Below, one piece after another: positions 1 through 8,865 of a stretch of 38,474 nt of DNA (its first letter is position 1; every line of letters begins with the position of its first letter). The stretch covers positions 1-38,474 of the forward strand of contig JBCCQY010000080.1 in assembly GCA_039208735.1 (NCBI GenBank). Direction: 5' to 3'. The notes beneath the pieces are model-generated. The model had not been told where the DNA came from. It searched no databases and was given only the letters and a program-made list of their open reading frames with translations. Both the position numbers and the translations under genes were made by a program. Source of the DNA: Myxococcota bacterium (lineage in GTDB: Bacteria; Myxococcota_A; UBA796; GCA-2862545).

Positions 1-1541
1 AACAACGTTGCGGGCGTTCCGGATAGGCCATCGAGGTCGGGTCGAGACCCGTTGGGGCACACGTCGATCATCGGTGACGTCGAGCGCAGGTGGAAGTCCT
101 GGTTGGCGCTGTCCACGAACTGCGGATCGACAAGGGGAAGTGCATTGATTTCAGTGACCGTCCCAGACGATCCCAAAGACCAATCGGTTGCCCGCACACA
201 GTCACGAAGCACCGTCGACCCGTTGTGGACTCGACCGGTCACGCCATTGCTGAACATGATCGTTGACACTACGTCCCCCGTGGAACCCGAATAGTCGATG
301 GGCCGATCGTTTCGGACGAACGTTGCCATCTCGATGTCAACATTCGAGCTGACGACATTGACCCCATCTCCATCGTTGTCGTAAATCGCCGAGTTGCTAA
401 GGAAGAAGTCCGACCCTCCTCGGGCATCAATGCCATGGCTGTCGTTGTCGGCGATCCGCAAGCGACGGGCGTCCACATCTGCCTGCACGGTATAGAAGCC
501 AACGCCACGGTTGTTCAAGACCAAGCTGTCTGAGATGTTGATCTCACCCCCGTTCACCCGAATCCCTGCCCCCGAGTTCCCAGTATTGATCGAGATGTCG
601 GCGTCGTCGATGGTGACCTTCGCATTACGGTGGATGGCAAGTCCTCCGCCGCGGTTGCTTTGGTTATACTTCACAAGCCCACCGAGCGTCACGTCCGTGT
701 CGAGACATCCGGTCGCGCAGCTGTAGTGTGCATTCTGGATGTAATACCCCCCACCGTCACCCGTGGCGTCGTTCAGAATCACAGAAGACGTTGCATCGAC
801 GGTAAGCACTGAGCCTCCAAGTGCGTCGCCGCCGACGAAAATACCCCCACCATGACCATCCGCGTCATTCCATGCGACACCAACGTCGGCGAGGTTCGCT
901 TCACCGCCCAGGAGTCTGAGTCCTCCTCCATCGTTCGGCCCCGAGACGTTGAATGCAATCTGGCTGTCGAGCGCCTCGAGCCTCCCACCTCTCCGTACCA
1001 CGATCGGCGTATTCTCCGTACCGAAGCGCAGCGTTGTGTCGATGAGATTAACGACACCGCCTCGCAAATCGATCACCGTTCCCGCCGTGCGCTCGATCGC
1101 CACTCGGTCGAGCGTGATCTGGGCGCTCTGGGGAAGGCCTCCCTGCGCAGTAATGAACGGCCCTGCGCCTTCGTTGAACTCCAGGTTGGTTAACGTCAAC
1201 TGCCCCATAGGCGGAACGGTGACCAGCTGAAAGCGAGTCACACCGGTGCTCATGTCGAGCACTGGTGTGCCGCTGCCCGAACATCCGCTCCCTACACCCG
1301 TGATGCGAACGTGTGCGTTGGGCATTGACGTAATGGCCCAGTCCGCACCGCTTGCCGCTCCCACGTTGCTGGTCACCGTGAGGTTGAACTCACCGTCATC
1401 AATGGCATCTTGCAGAGAGTTGTAGATGCACCCAGGCGTCCCTGCAATACCGACGACTTGAGCATTGGCGACGGACATGAATGCCAAATTGGCAATTACG
1501 AAACAGAAGACAGACAAACCTGCCAAGCGTCGAACGAACAT
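1..1541 (-). CDS. Secreted parallel beta-helix (pectin-lyase-like/Pmp-type repeat) protein with choice-of-anchor-Q-like tail; 3' end runs off the window
   Basis: Not in the ORF track because there is no stop in the window. Manual translation from ATG 1541 (GGAG upstream) is open to base 1. It shows a signal peptide MFVRRLAGLSVFCFVIANLAFMSVANAQ, repeated N-x(n)-GGG[ILY] turns (NDGGGLRL, GHGGGIFV, GDGGGYYI, NRGGGLAI) and a C-terminal DPQFVDSANQDFHLRSTSPMID motif. Confidence 0.85.
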   Translation of the reverse strand, partial: MFVRRLAGLSVFCFVIANLAFMSVANAQVVGIAGTPGCIYNSLQDAIDDGEFNLTVTSNVGAASGADWAITSMPNAHVRITGVGSGCSGSGTPVLDMSTGVTRFQLVTVPPMGQLTLTNLEFNEGAGPFITAQGGLPQSAQITLDRVAIERTAGTVIDLRGGVVNLIDTTLRFGTENTPIVVRRGGRLEALDSQIAFNVSGPNDGGGLRLLGGEANLADVGVAWNDADGHGGGIFVGGDALGGSVLTVDATSSVILNDATGDGGGYYIQNAHYSCATGCLDTDVTLGGLVKYNQSNRGGGLAIHRNAKVTIDDADISINTGNSGAGIRVNGGEINISDSLVLNNRGVGFYTVQADVDARRLRIADNDSHGIDARGGSDFFLSNSAIYDNDGDGVNVVSSNVDIEMATFVRNDRPIDYSGSTGDVVSTIMFSNGVTGRVHNGSTVLRDCVRATDWSLGSSGTVTEINALPLVDPQFVDSANQDFHLRSTSPMIDVCPNGSRPDLDGLSGTPATL

Positions 1542-1620
1542 GGTAGCTCCATTGGAACGAAAGGGGATTTCTTTCAATCCGGGGTAGTGACTGAATGACG
1601 AAATGTGGCCCAACCTGGAC

Positions 1621-2703
1621 CTACGGACAGGACTCGACTTCGAACGTCAAGTCGCTCACGACCTGGTTGTCGGCTCCGCTCGGCTCGGAAATGTCGTTGT
1701 CGGGGTCGATTACGGCACAAACCCGATAGTTGCCGGGCGGCGTGCTCGAGGGAATACAGAAGTTGTTCAGGTAGACGTTCGTTGGCTCGTTGACAGCGAG
1801 CCGCATTCCTCGGGTACCGACAATGCGGTCATCGGCGTCGAGGCAGTGAACATCCGTGCTAAGCGACCAACGAACCTCGGTATCTACCTTCGCATCAGTA
1901 CCCATATACATCGCCATGACGGGATTCGGACGTTCATCCCCGGTCAGGCACTCTCCAGGACACCCAGACCACGTCTCAGTGCCTCGTGAGGCCGCGGTCC
2001 ACTCTTCCCTCGACGAGCCACGCCCTGTGGAAGAGAACTTCGAAAGCAGGAGATTGAGGCCCGTACTGCTGTCCGCCTTTTCATTGAGAAGCCCGAGATA
2101 GTCATTCTCGCTGATGCGGTAGGCGTAAGAGATGTCTCCACCGAAAGGATAGAACGAATCCATGACGGAAATGACATCGTCTTCGTGTTCCCATCCCAGA
2201 GCATGGCCAAACTCGTGAATCGCGACCATTCCGATGGAAGGTTCCGTAACATCTGCATCATTGAAAGCTGGCAATTGAGGCATCCAGTCTTCGGATGCTC
2301 TGAACAGGATGTCTACCTCGGAAGCCCAGCAGAGGAAGTAGGTATGCGTCGCGACGGCCATCGCGCTTAGGGGCGCCATCTCGTTGGCGAACCACCCGTC
2401 GGTTTCCATCGCCACGTCATTTCGGAGGTTGGCTCTACTCCAGCCTGTGATGTCGCTGCCACGGATGAAGTCCCAGTCCGCACCACGATTGACCTTGCCT
2501 TGCCCGGCGTCCCAAGCGTTGGCCCCTTTCTGGATCGCGGTTTCCTCATCTGCTGTGAAGTCGGAAGCGACCACATGGTAGGTCAGGGAGTTTCCAGGAG
2601 CGAAGTAGCAACCACAAAATCCGCCAGGGCCGTCGAAGTCTATGCATTCGTAGGCTTGCGCACTGGGCGTCGCGAGCAGGCTGATGAAAATCCACGACAT
2701 CAT
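1621..2703 (-). CDS. Secreted metzincin (matrixin/M10-like) zinc metalloprotease with C-terminal CARDB-like domain
   Basis: HEFGHALGWEH (HExxHxxGxxH), Met-turn ISVMD, signal peptide MMSWIFISLLATPSAQA and C-terminal YRVCAVIDPDNDISE. ATG 2703 has GGAG upstream and an ATGA overlap with the upstream stop. Confidence 0.85.
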   Translation of the reverse strand: MMSWIFISLLATPSAQAYECIDFDGPGGFCGCYFAPGNSLTYHVVASDFTADEETAIQKGANAWDAGQGKVNRGADWDFIRGSDITGWSRANLRNDVAMETDGWFANEMAPLSAMAVATHTYFLCWASEVDILFRASEDWMPQLPAFNDADVTEPSIGMVAIHEFGHALGWEHEDDVISVMDSFYPFGGDISYAYRISENDYLGLLNEKADSSTGLNLLLSKFSSTGRGSSREEWTAASRGTETWSGCPGECLTGDERPNPVMAMYMGTDAKVDTEVRWSLSTDVHCLDADDRIVGTRGMRLAVNEPTNVYLNNFCIPSSTPPGNYRVCAVIDPDNDISEPSGADNQVVSDLTFEVESCP

Positions 2704-3380
2704 TGCTCCGTTCCAGCGTAGCCAGGAATGGTTGCGCCAAGCGTGTTCCGCTGGCGAACGTTGTTGCGAACCGCGACGCGCGCCTCGTTCCATGTCATCG
2801 CGACGGAGAGTGGGTTGGGGTGGGGCACTTCGAGCGGAGTAAACGACTCTCGGGTGGAGCCCCGTGCATCGGAGCCCCGAATGACGATGGGAGGGGTCTT
2901 AGCAGGCATGTCAAGCAGCGGACGACCACGAGCATCGGCAGCCATAGGCGTTCCGTAGTCGTCCAGCACGCGATGCAACACGCCCGCCGCAACATTCACG
3001 AGGCTCACCCGGTCGGGTCCCCGGACCACCCCATGAACGATGAGATGGTCACCCAGGGCAAACGTAGGAATTCCTGCGTAGTAGGAACTCCGGCCATCGG
3101 GCAGTTTTCCGCCCGGCAGGCAGGTCAACATCACACCGGACTTTACGTGACCCTTGAATTCTCGCTCAATATCTAGTTCGTAGCACGTGATTGGGCTGTC
3201 ATTCTTCGAAACCTCCACCCGAATATTTCGCACGGTTCCCTCGACGATCAGATTCGCGAGATCGGCCTGCTGACTCCCCGTGTGGGTGGCGAACGAAGAG
3301 GCGTGGGCTTTGAATCCGAGGGCTGACAGCCCCAGCAGCACAAGCGCAATCGGCACTCCTCGATTCCAGTTTTCGGACAC
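2700..3380 (-). CDS. Secreted hypothetical protein, putative partner or prodomain-like subunit of the metalloprotease
   Basis: Signal-like IALVLLGLSALGFKAHA, then ADLANLIVEGTV...ITCYELDIEREFKG...PGG...GIPTFALGDHLIV. Translationally coupled to the protease. Start uncertain; the longer track ORF would overlap the divergent regulator. Confidence 0.7.
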   Translation of the reverse strand: MSENWNRGVPIALVLLGLSALGFKAHASSFATHTGSQQADLANLIVEGTVRNIRVEVSKNDSPITCYELDIEREFKGHVKSGVMLTCLPGGKLPDGRSSYYAGIPTFALGDHLIVHGVVRGPDRVSLVNVAAGVLHRVLDDYGTPMAADARGRPLLDMPAKTPPIVIRGSDARGSTRESFTPLEVPHPNPLSVAMTWNEARVAVRNNVRQRNTLGATIPGYAGTEQ

Positions 3381-3488
3381 CTTCGAAACTGGCGCTACCG
3401 CTCCCCGTACGGCGGATCCCCAAAGACATGGACGCTCGGACAAGCTTCCTCCTAAGATTCGGATGAAGCGCTTTACGGCAGCGGTGAT

Positions 3489-3517
3489 TTGCGACACCAG
3501 TCGCAAAAGTGTCGCAA
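3489..3517. promoter_or_regulatory. Three GTCGCAA heptamers at 11-bp pitch (first one inverted); candidate wHTH regulator binding site
   Basis: TTGCGAC 3489-3495, GTCGCAA 3500-3506 and GTCGCAA 3511-3517. The outer TTGCGACAC/GTGTCGCAA pair is a perfect 9-bp inverted repeat. Lies in the divergent intergenic region. Confidence 0.55.
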
Positions 3518-3536
3518 GGGCGTTGGGGGAAGATGC

Positions 3537-6107
3537 ATGGCGGAAACAGTGTCGATCGGGAGCTGGCAGTGGTCGTTGGATGACCGGGTGTTGCGACGAG
3601 GCAGCGAGGAGCTCCATCTGACGACCAAGGAGCGTGCGTTGCTCGGCTACTTGTGTCGGCAGATCGACCGGACTGTCGAGACCAGGGATCTGCTGCGGAA
3701 CGTGTGGGGCTATGCCCCTACGGTCAAGAGCCGAGCCGTTCAGAATACGGTGTCCCGACTCCGGAAGAAGCTCGGGGCAGATGGTCTACAGCTTCGCACG
3801 GTACCTGGCCGTGGGTACGTGCTGGGTTCGCCCGTCGACGACTCGCTGGTGGGGCGCGACGATGTGGTCGATGCACTGCCGCGCAGCTTGGTTGAGCATC
3901 GTGTCGTGACGCTCTACGGCTTTGGGGGCGTGGGCAAGACGCGGGTGGCCCGTGCCGCCAGCGCCTCCTTCAGCCGTTCGATGTGGGTGGACGTCCGTGC
4001 CTTCGTGACCATCGAATCGCTCGTGGCGCACGTGGCTTCCCGGCTGGGTGCGGGACGAGCGGGTCAAACGCTGGACCACGTCGGACAACTGCTCGCAGAA
4101 CGACAGACGGCATTGTTGGTGTTGGATGCGGCCGAACATCTGGGCTCGTCCCTCGTCGACGTCGCCCAAGCGTGGGCGAATATCGCCAGTTCGTTGCACG
4201 TCTTGCTCACCTCTCGGCAGGGATTCACCGGAACCGCAACCTACGAACTGCCGCCACTCCCACCAGAGGCCTCCATTCGCCTGCTCAGGCGGTGTGCCAA
4301 CGCCTCGATGCCACCGCCCGAACTCCCTCCAGCGCACGAGGCCAAACTCGTGGAGTTGCTCGACGGCATTCCGCTGGCCATCGAGCTGGCCGCCGCACGA
4401 CTCCGTGTCGTTTCGTCTGAAGAACTCGTGAGGCATCTAGGTGACGGATTCGAGGTTTTGGAGGCGACGGAACGCCGGCTCGAGGCGGTCATCGAATCGG
4501 CGTGGGAAAGCTTGGACGAAGATGGTCGCTCCGTGTTGTGTGCGGCTGCGATGTTCCCCGAGACCCTTTGGGTCAGCGGCGTACAGAACGTCGCGAGTCG
4601 CAGCCTTGGGAGGACACTCGAAGCCCTGGATCAGCTCCGTCGACATGCGTTGCTGGCCCGTGTGGGAAGGCGGCTGCGCTTGCTCGACTTGGTTCGTGCC
4701 TTTGTTCAACCAAGAATTCCCGTCGACATCCGCCGCCGCTTTGTGCAGTTCGCCATCTCAACGGCGCAAGAAAACCTACGAACCGCGGCTCAGCGTGAGA
4801 TCAAACTGGTCGACGGATGCCCGTTGTGGATCTCGGCGCTCCCCGACACCGCCGACACGACCGAACGCGCCTGGATGGCCTGTGCGATTGCACTTCACGA
4901 TCGCCGCCATGGCCCGGGAGGGCGCGCCCGGCCCTGGCTCGAGGAGCTCGTGCCCGAATCGCTCCCTCCTTGGCTTGGCTCACTCGTAGCGTGCACCGCA
5001 TCAAAACTAGCCTTTGATGAAGACAAACGCCCAAGATCCCTAGAACTGGCGGAACTGGCCGTCCAGCGCGCCGAACATACCGACGACATGGATCTCTACT
5101 TGACCGCAATGAATTGGCGGAACGGCATGCTTCGCATGGTGGAAGGGCTCGGCGCCGCCATTGACCTCACCGAAGAGGCCCTCGCCATTTGCAAAGAGGC
5201 AAATGGGGTATCGCTAGGAGTCGAATTCGGATGCTACATTGAAAAGAACTTCTGCCTAAGCCAGCTTGGACGCTACGAAGAAGCGCACCGTGTTGCATTG
5301 CAGTTGCTTACCCTCACCAAAGAGAGCGTGGGCCGCTCTGCGATTGCCCGCAACGTCCTGGCCTTGGCGCTGTTCAAGCTTGGTCGGCACGGCGAAGCTA
5401 TCGCAGAACTCCGCACGGCGCTCGAGCACGCAAAACGCTGTAACAATCATCGGTTGCAAGCGAACGTGGGCCTTCGCCTTGGGGAGTTCCTGGCGATCAC
5501 AGGGCCTGCTGCAGAGGCGCGTCAGGCGTTCGAGGACGCGCTGGCCCAAGCGCGAAGGCTTCAGATCCATCTGGTCTTGCTCAACGGCCGTTTGGGCCTC
5601 GCCAAACTCGATCACCCGCAGGGCGCATTGCGCACGCTCGAGGAGGTGCGTGAGCATGCCCGAAGGCTGGGCCGGGTCCGCGAGGTTGGCTCTGCGACCC
5701 ATGAGATTGCTCGAGTTCACCACCTATTGGGCGACTTCGAAACCGCTGCGAAACACTATGAGCAAGCCATTGCCATTTTCGAAGACGTAGGCTGGGTGGA
5801 ACCCCTCGACATCAGTCACGCCCATCTTGCCCTGTTGCGTGCCGAGGAACGAGGGCCCGATTCACCTTCCGTGGCGCTACCCCCGAAGCGATCGGAGTCC
5901 GAAGCCTGCCAAGACATTCATCGGTTGACCGTGGCTGCCATCGCCTACGACGTCGAGGGATTTACTGCCACCATTGAGGCGTTGTCGCTCCCACGTCGCA
6001 AGGCGGTCGAGCAACTCCTGCCCCTGGTGGCGAGGCTTGATCCAGCGTTTCGGAACTTCGGGGGCTGTCGCAACGAGACGGCCTCTTGGCAGCCACGCAT
6101 TACCTGA
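3537..6107 (+). CDS. Transcriptional regulator: OmpR-type winged helix, STAND/NB-ARC-like ATPase and TPR sensor (COG3903/AfsR-like architecture)
   Basis: N-terminal LTTKERALL...VWGY...VSRLRKKLG...TVPGRGY (Trans_reg_C), Walker A GFGGVGKT, Walker B LLVLDAAEH, GIPLAIELAAAR (GxP motif) and multiple TPR helices. Start chosen at ATG 3537. Confidence 0.9.
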   Translation: MAETVSIGSWQWSLDDRVLRRGSEELHLTTKERALLGYLCRQIDRTVETRDLLRNVWGYAPTVKSRAVQNTVSRLRKKLGADGLQLRTVPGRGYVLGSPVDDSLVGRDDVVDALPRSLVEHRVVTLYGFGGVGKTRVARAASASFSRSMWVDVRAFVTIESLVAHVASRLGAGRAGQTLDHVGQLLAERQTALLVLDAAEHLGSSLVDVAQAWANIASSLHVLLTSRQGFTGTATYELPPLPPEASIRLLRRCANASMPPPELPPAHEAKLVELLDGIPLAIELAAARLRVVSSEELVRHLGDGFEVLEATERRLEAVIESAWESLDEDGRSVLCAAAMFPETLWVSGVQNVASRSLGRTLEALDQLRRHALLARVGRRLRLLDLVRAFVQPRIPVDIRRRFVQFAISTAQENLRTAAQREIKLVDGCPLWISALPDTADTTERAWMACAIALHDRRHGPGGRARPWLEELVPESLPPWLGSLVACTASKLAFDEDKRPRSLELAELAVQRAEHTDDMDLYLTAMNWRNGMLRMVEGLGAAIDLTEEALAICKEANGVSLGVEFGCYIEKNFCLSQLGRYEEAHRVALQLLTLTKESVGRSAIARNVLALALFKLGRHGEAIAELRTALEHAKRCNNHRLQANVGLRLGEFLAITGPAAEARQAFEDALAQARRLQIHLVLLNGRLGLAKLDHPQGALRTLEEVREHARRLGRVREVGSATHEIARVHHLLGDFETAAKHYEQAIAIFEDVGWVEPLDISHAHLALLRAEERGPDSPSVALPPKRSESEACQDIHRLTVAAIAYDVEGFTATIEALSLPRRKAVEQLLPLVARLDPAFRNFGGCRNETASWQPRIT

Positions 6108-6133
6108 CGCAGCAGCATACATGGGAGGGCGCA

Positions 6134-6784
6134 ATGGCGGTCGACGAAACCCAGCGGTCGTCTAGCGGTGGATTGGGCTGTTTTGCACAGATAGGCGCCG
6201 CGATTGCGCTTGTGGTGGCCCCCGCGGCACGGTTGTGCGATGACGCGGCGCGATTTGCCGGCTCGGGAGACGAGGCGGCTCGCGGGTTCACATCGTTTGG
6301 CCGACATGCCGATGAAGCACCTGGTGTGGCGTCACTTCGAGTCGCCGACGACCCTGCGGTGCAAAACGGAGTCATCGATGGAGCTGAACTTGCCGGACGT
6401 GCGCTTCAACACACCCCCGACGCAATCGAAAGATTTAAACTCATCGTTGACTTCGATGCCGACGACGAAGCGCCGGATGACGAGCGGGCTGACCTGGCTC
6501 GCTCCGCCGTTCAGGCCTTCTACACAGCACACACCGGGCACGCGCCATTCCATACCACGCGCGCCGTGCCTGGCCTTGCCGAAGCCGTTCAATTCAACCT
6601 CGTAGCCATCGACGATGCATCGCGATCCGCGTTGTTGGCTCCCCATCCGGAAGCTCGAAACATCCTGGAAGAAACGACAGGAGTCACGACGATCGTCCGA
6701 GCCATGACTCCAGAATGGTGGTTCGTGGCCTTGTATGACGTTGACGACATCAAGCTTCGCGAGGTCTTCAACGCCGCTCCGTGA
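6134..6784 (+). CDS. Hypothetical protein with an N-terminal hydrophobic segment
   Basis: ATG 6134 with GGAGGG SD, 216 aa, hydrophobic IGAAIALVVA segment; no recognised motif. Confidence 0.6.
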   Translation: MAVDETQRSSSGGLGCFAQIGAAIALVVAPAARLCDDAARFAGSGDEAARGFTSFGRHADEAPGVASLRVADDPAVQNGVIDGAELAGRALQHTPDAIERFKLIVDFDADDEAPDDERADLARSAVQAFYTAHTGHAPFHTTRAVPGLAEAVQFNLVAIDDASRSALLAPHPEARNILEETTGVTTIVRAMTPEWWFVALYDVDDIKLREVFNAAP

Positions 6785-7060
6785 CATCGCGGCCGGAGCA
6801 GAACACAGCCAACCGCATTCCCTCCAACGGTCTACCAAGCGAGCACGACCTCCAGGTCCGGTAGCGCTGCGAACACTGCACCAGGTTCCGGCCCAACCGT
6901 GTGCACCTCCACCGGCAGGTGCGCATCCACTTCGCTCATGACTCCCTGGAGGGATCAGGTCCGTCGCACGGATGCGCTTCTGGTCAAGAAACGATGCTGC
7001 TTTGGTCAGGTCTCGTGGGGACCCGCTCCCTATCGTCCACACTCACACCCTGGAGTGCGT

Positions 7061-8068
7061 ATGTGGCAACGAGCCTTCTTCCTGACCGCGATGTCGACGA
7101 TCCTGCCCAGCGGGGCCTTGGCGGCCTCTGGGCAGATGGATCTCGAACAACTTGACCCGTTCAACTCTACCGACGATGTTCTGGTCATCGTCGGCTATGC
7201 CGCCTGTGTTCAGAATCCGGGCTGGCTCGGTGGGCCCCCCCCGGGATGCTCGGGCATCACGTCCGATACGGGTTCGCTTTGGTTTCTTCCCTCGGGAGGG
7301 CGCACGGTGGCCGCCTGTGCCATCAATCTCAACACCGGAGCCCGATTCTTCTACAGCGGCAGTCTGGAATACTGGGCTCCTCCAGGTGGAGCCTTCAGCA
7401 TCAATGGTACGTCGGGCCAGGTGTTTATGGACAACCTCAACAACCTCGGTCCGGGCAGCCACCAGCTCGAGGCGAGTCTTCCAGGCGGAGACGACTTTCT
7501 TGGCCCTCACCGGGGCGCCCCATTTACGTGTGTGACGGCGGGACTGCCTTCGGGTAGTCACACTGATCTCAACATCCTTCCGTTCGACGACGCTTTTTCC
7601 TTCTTCGTGCCCAACAGCGCGGGTCGCGATGTGGTGTTTGGTACCCAAGGGGACGACATCATTGAGGCGGGCGAACCCAGAGACCTCGCCATTCCTGCAT
7701 CGGGGGCACAGGGGGACTTGGAAATGGACTTCCTGTGCGGTTTTGGTGGCGACGATTCGCTGCGAGGCTCGAGCGACAATTTCCTTCCGGACTTCGAGTG
7801 CATGTGGGGCGGCCCAGGAAACGACGAATGCTTCGCGGATTTCGACCGGCCTAGTTTGCCTAGCGGATCACACGACCGTGTAGATGGATGTGAGTCGACC
7901 TTTCCTGTGGGATGGCTGCCGGCAACCGTGGACAGTATTTGCGACTACTGGGTGTCGCAAGGGCAAGATGGAGTCACGACCCTCGATCTACGGACTGAGT
8001 GTGACCAGTCGATCTCTCCGAGCCTTCTCGACATCGTGACCCTGCCCAATTCTGGCCAAGGTCAATAG
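7061..8068 (+). CDS. Secreted Cys-containing protein with hemolysin-type (RTX-like) Ca-binding repeats
   Basis: GGAG SD, signal peptide MWQRAFFLTAMSTILPSGALA, repeats VFGTQGDDIIEAG, LCGFGGDDSLRG and MWGGPGNDEC. Confidence 0.7.
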   Translation: MWQRAFFLTAMSTILPSGALAASGQMDLEQLDPFNSTDDVLVIVGYAACVQNPGWLGGPPPGCSGITSDTGSLWFLPSGGRTVAACAINLNTGARFFYSGSLEYWAPPGGAFSINGTSGQVFMDNLNNLGPGSHQLEASLPGGDDFLGPHRGAPFTCVTAGLPSGSHTDLNILPFDDAFSFFVPNSAGRDVVFGTQGDDIIEAGEPRDLAIPASGAQGDLEMDFLCGFGGDDSLRGSSDNFLPDFECMWGGPGNDECFADFDRPSLPSGSHDRVDGCESTFPVGWLPATVDSICDYWVSQGQDGVTTLDLRTECDQSISPSLLDIVTLPNSGQGQ

Positions 8069-8182
8069 CAACGCCAACGGTACGCCCGGGCAGGCGCCGG
8101 AACGACCGGAGTGGAAGACGAGTTCATCGTCCCCTGGCGGGGCCCCAGAAGGCGTGACGGTTGCTGAGGTGGCAGGATCCGG

Positions 8183-8764
8183 TCATACGTCGTCGATCCT
8201 GGACTTCGGCGTGGGCAGCTCGGCATGGGCGAGCGCGTCCAGCAACCCCTGTGGCGTGTCTGCGACCTCGAGTAGATCATGCTCAGGGCGAAGAAAGCCT
8301 TCGGAGCGCACGTGGGCGAGGAATGCCACAAGGTGCTGGAAATACCCTTCGACGTCGAGCAGTCCGACGGGCTTGACGTGGTAACCGAGCTGGGTCCAGG
8401 TCACGGCCTCGAACAGCTCCTCGAGCGTACCGTAGCCGCCGGGCAGGGCGATGAAGGCATCGGAGAGGTCGGCCATGGCCCGCTTGCGGGCGTGCATGTC
8501 GGGCACCACTCGCAGTTCGGTGCAGTCCGCCTTGCCGAGTTCCAGCGATTGCAGTTTCTCGGGAATCACCCCGATCACCTCGCCTCCCTCGGCGAGCGTG
8601 GCCTCGGCGACCTCGTTCATTAGCCCAACCGAGCCACCGCCATAGACGAGACCTAGGCCACGCTGGGCGAGCAGGGTCCCGAGTTGCCGGGCGGCCGCCG
8701 CATACGCAGGGCGCGCGCCTCGGCTCGAGCCACAGTAGACACAAATCCGTTTGAAGGTGCGCAT
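8183..8764 (-). CDS. LOG family nucleotide phosphoribohydrolase (TIGR00730 Rossmann-fold protein)
   Basis: ICVYCGSS, LVYGGGSVGLM, MHARK and the PGGYGTLEE signature. Confidence 0.95.
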   Translation of the reverse strand: MRTFKRICVYCGSSRGARPAYAAAARQLGTLLAQRGLGLVYGGGSVGLMNEVAEATLAEGGEVIGVIPEKLQSLELGKADCTELRVVPDMHARKRAMADLSDAFIALPGGYGTLEELFEAVTWTQLGYHVKPVGLLDVEGYFQHLVAFLAHVRSEGFLRPEHDLLEVADTPQGLLDALAHAELPTPKSRIDDV

Positions 8765-8865
8765 CGGTGGCGGCTATCGCGTTCGACGGTGCATGCACCC
8801 TCGCCTCGACCTGCGTTGCGGCGGCGCAAGCATTGATACGCCCGCGCAGTAGCCAAGGAGTTTCG

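Noticed and set aside
8183..8764. Lysine decarboxylase or cytokinin-signalling interpretation of the LOG gene
   Set aside because: Lysine decarboxylase is a known misannotation of this family, and nothing in the context points to cytokinin biology; an ordinary housekeeping-type gene.
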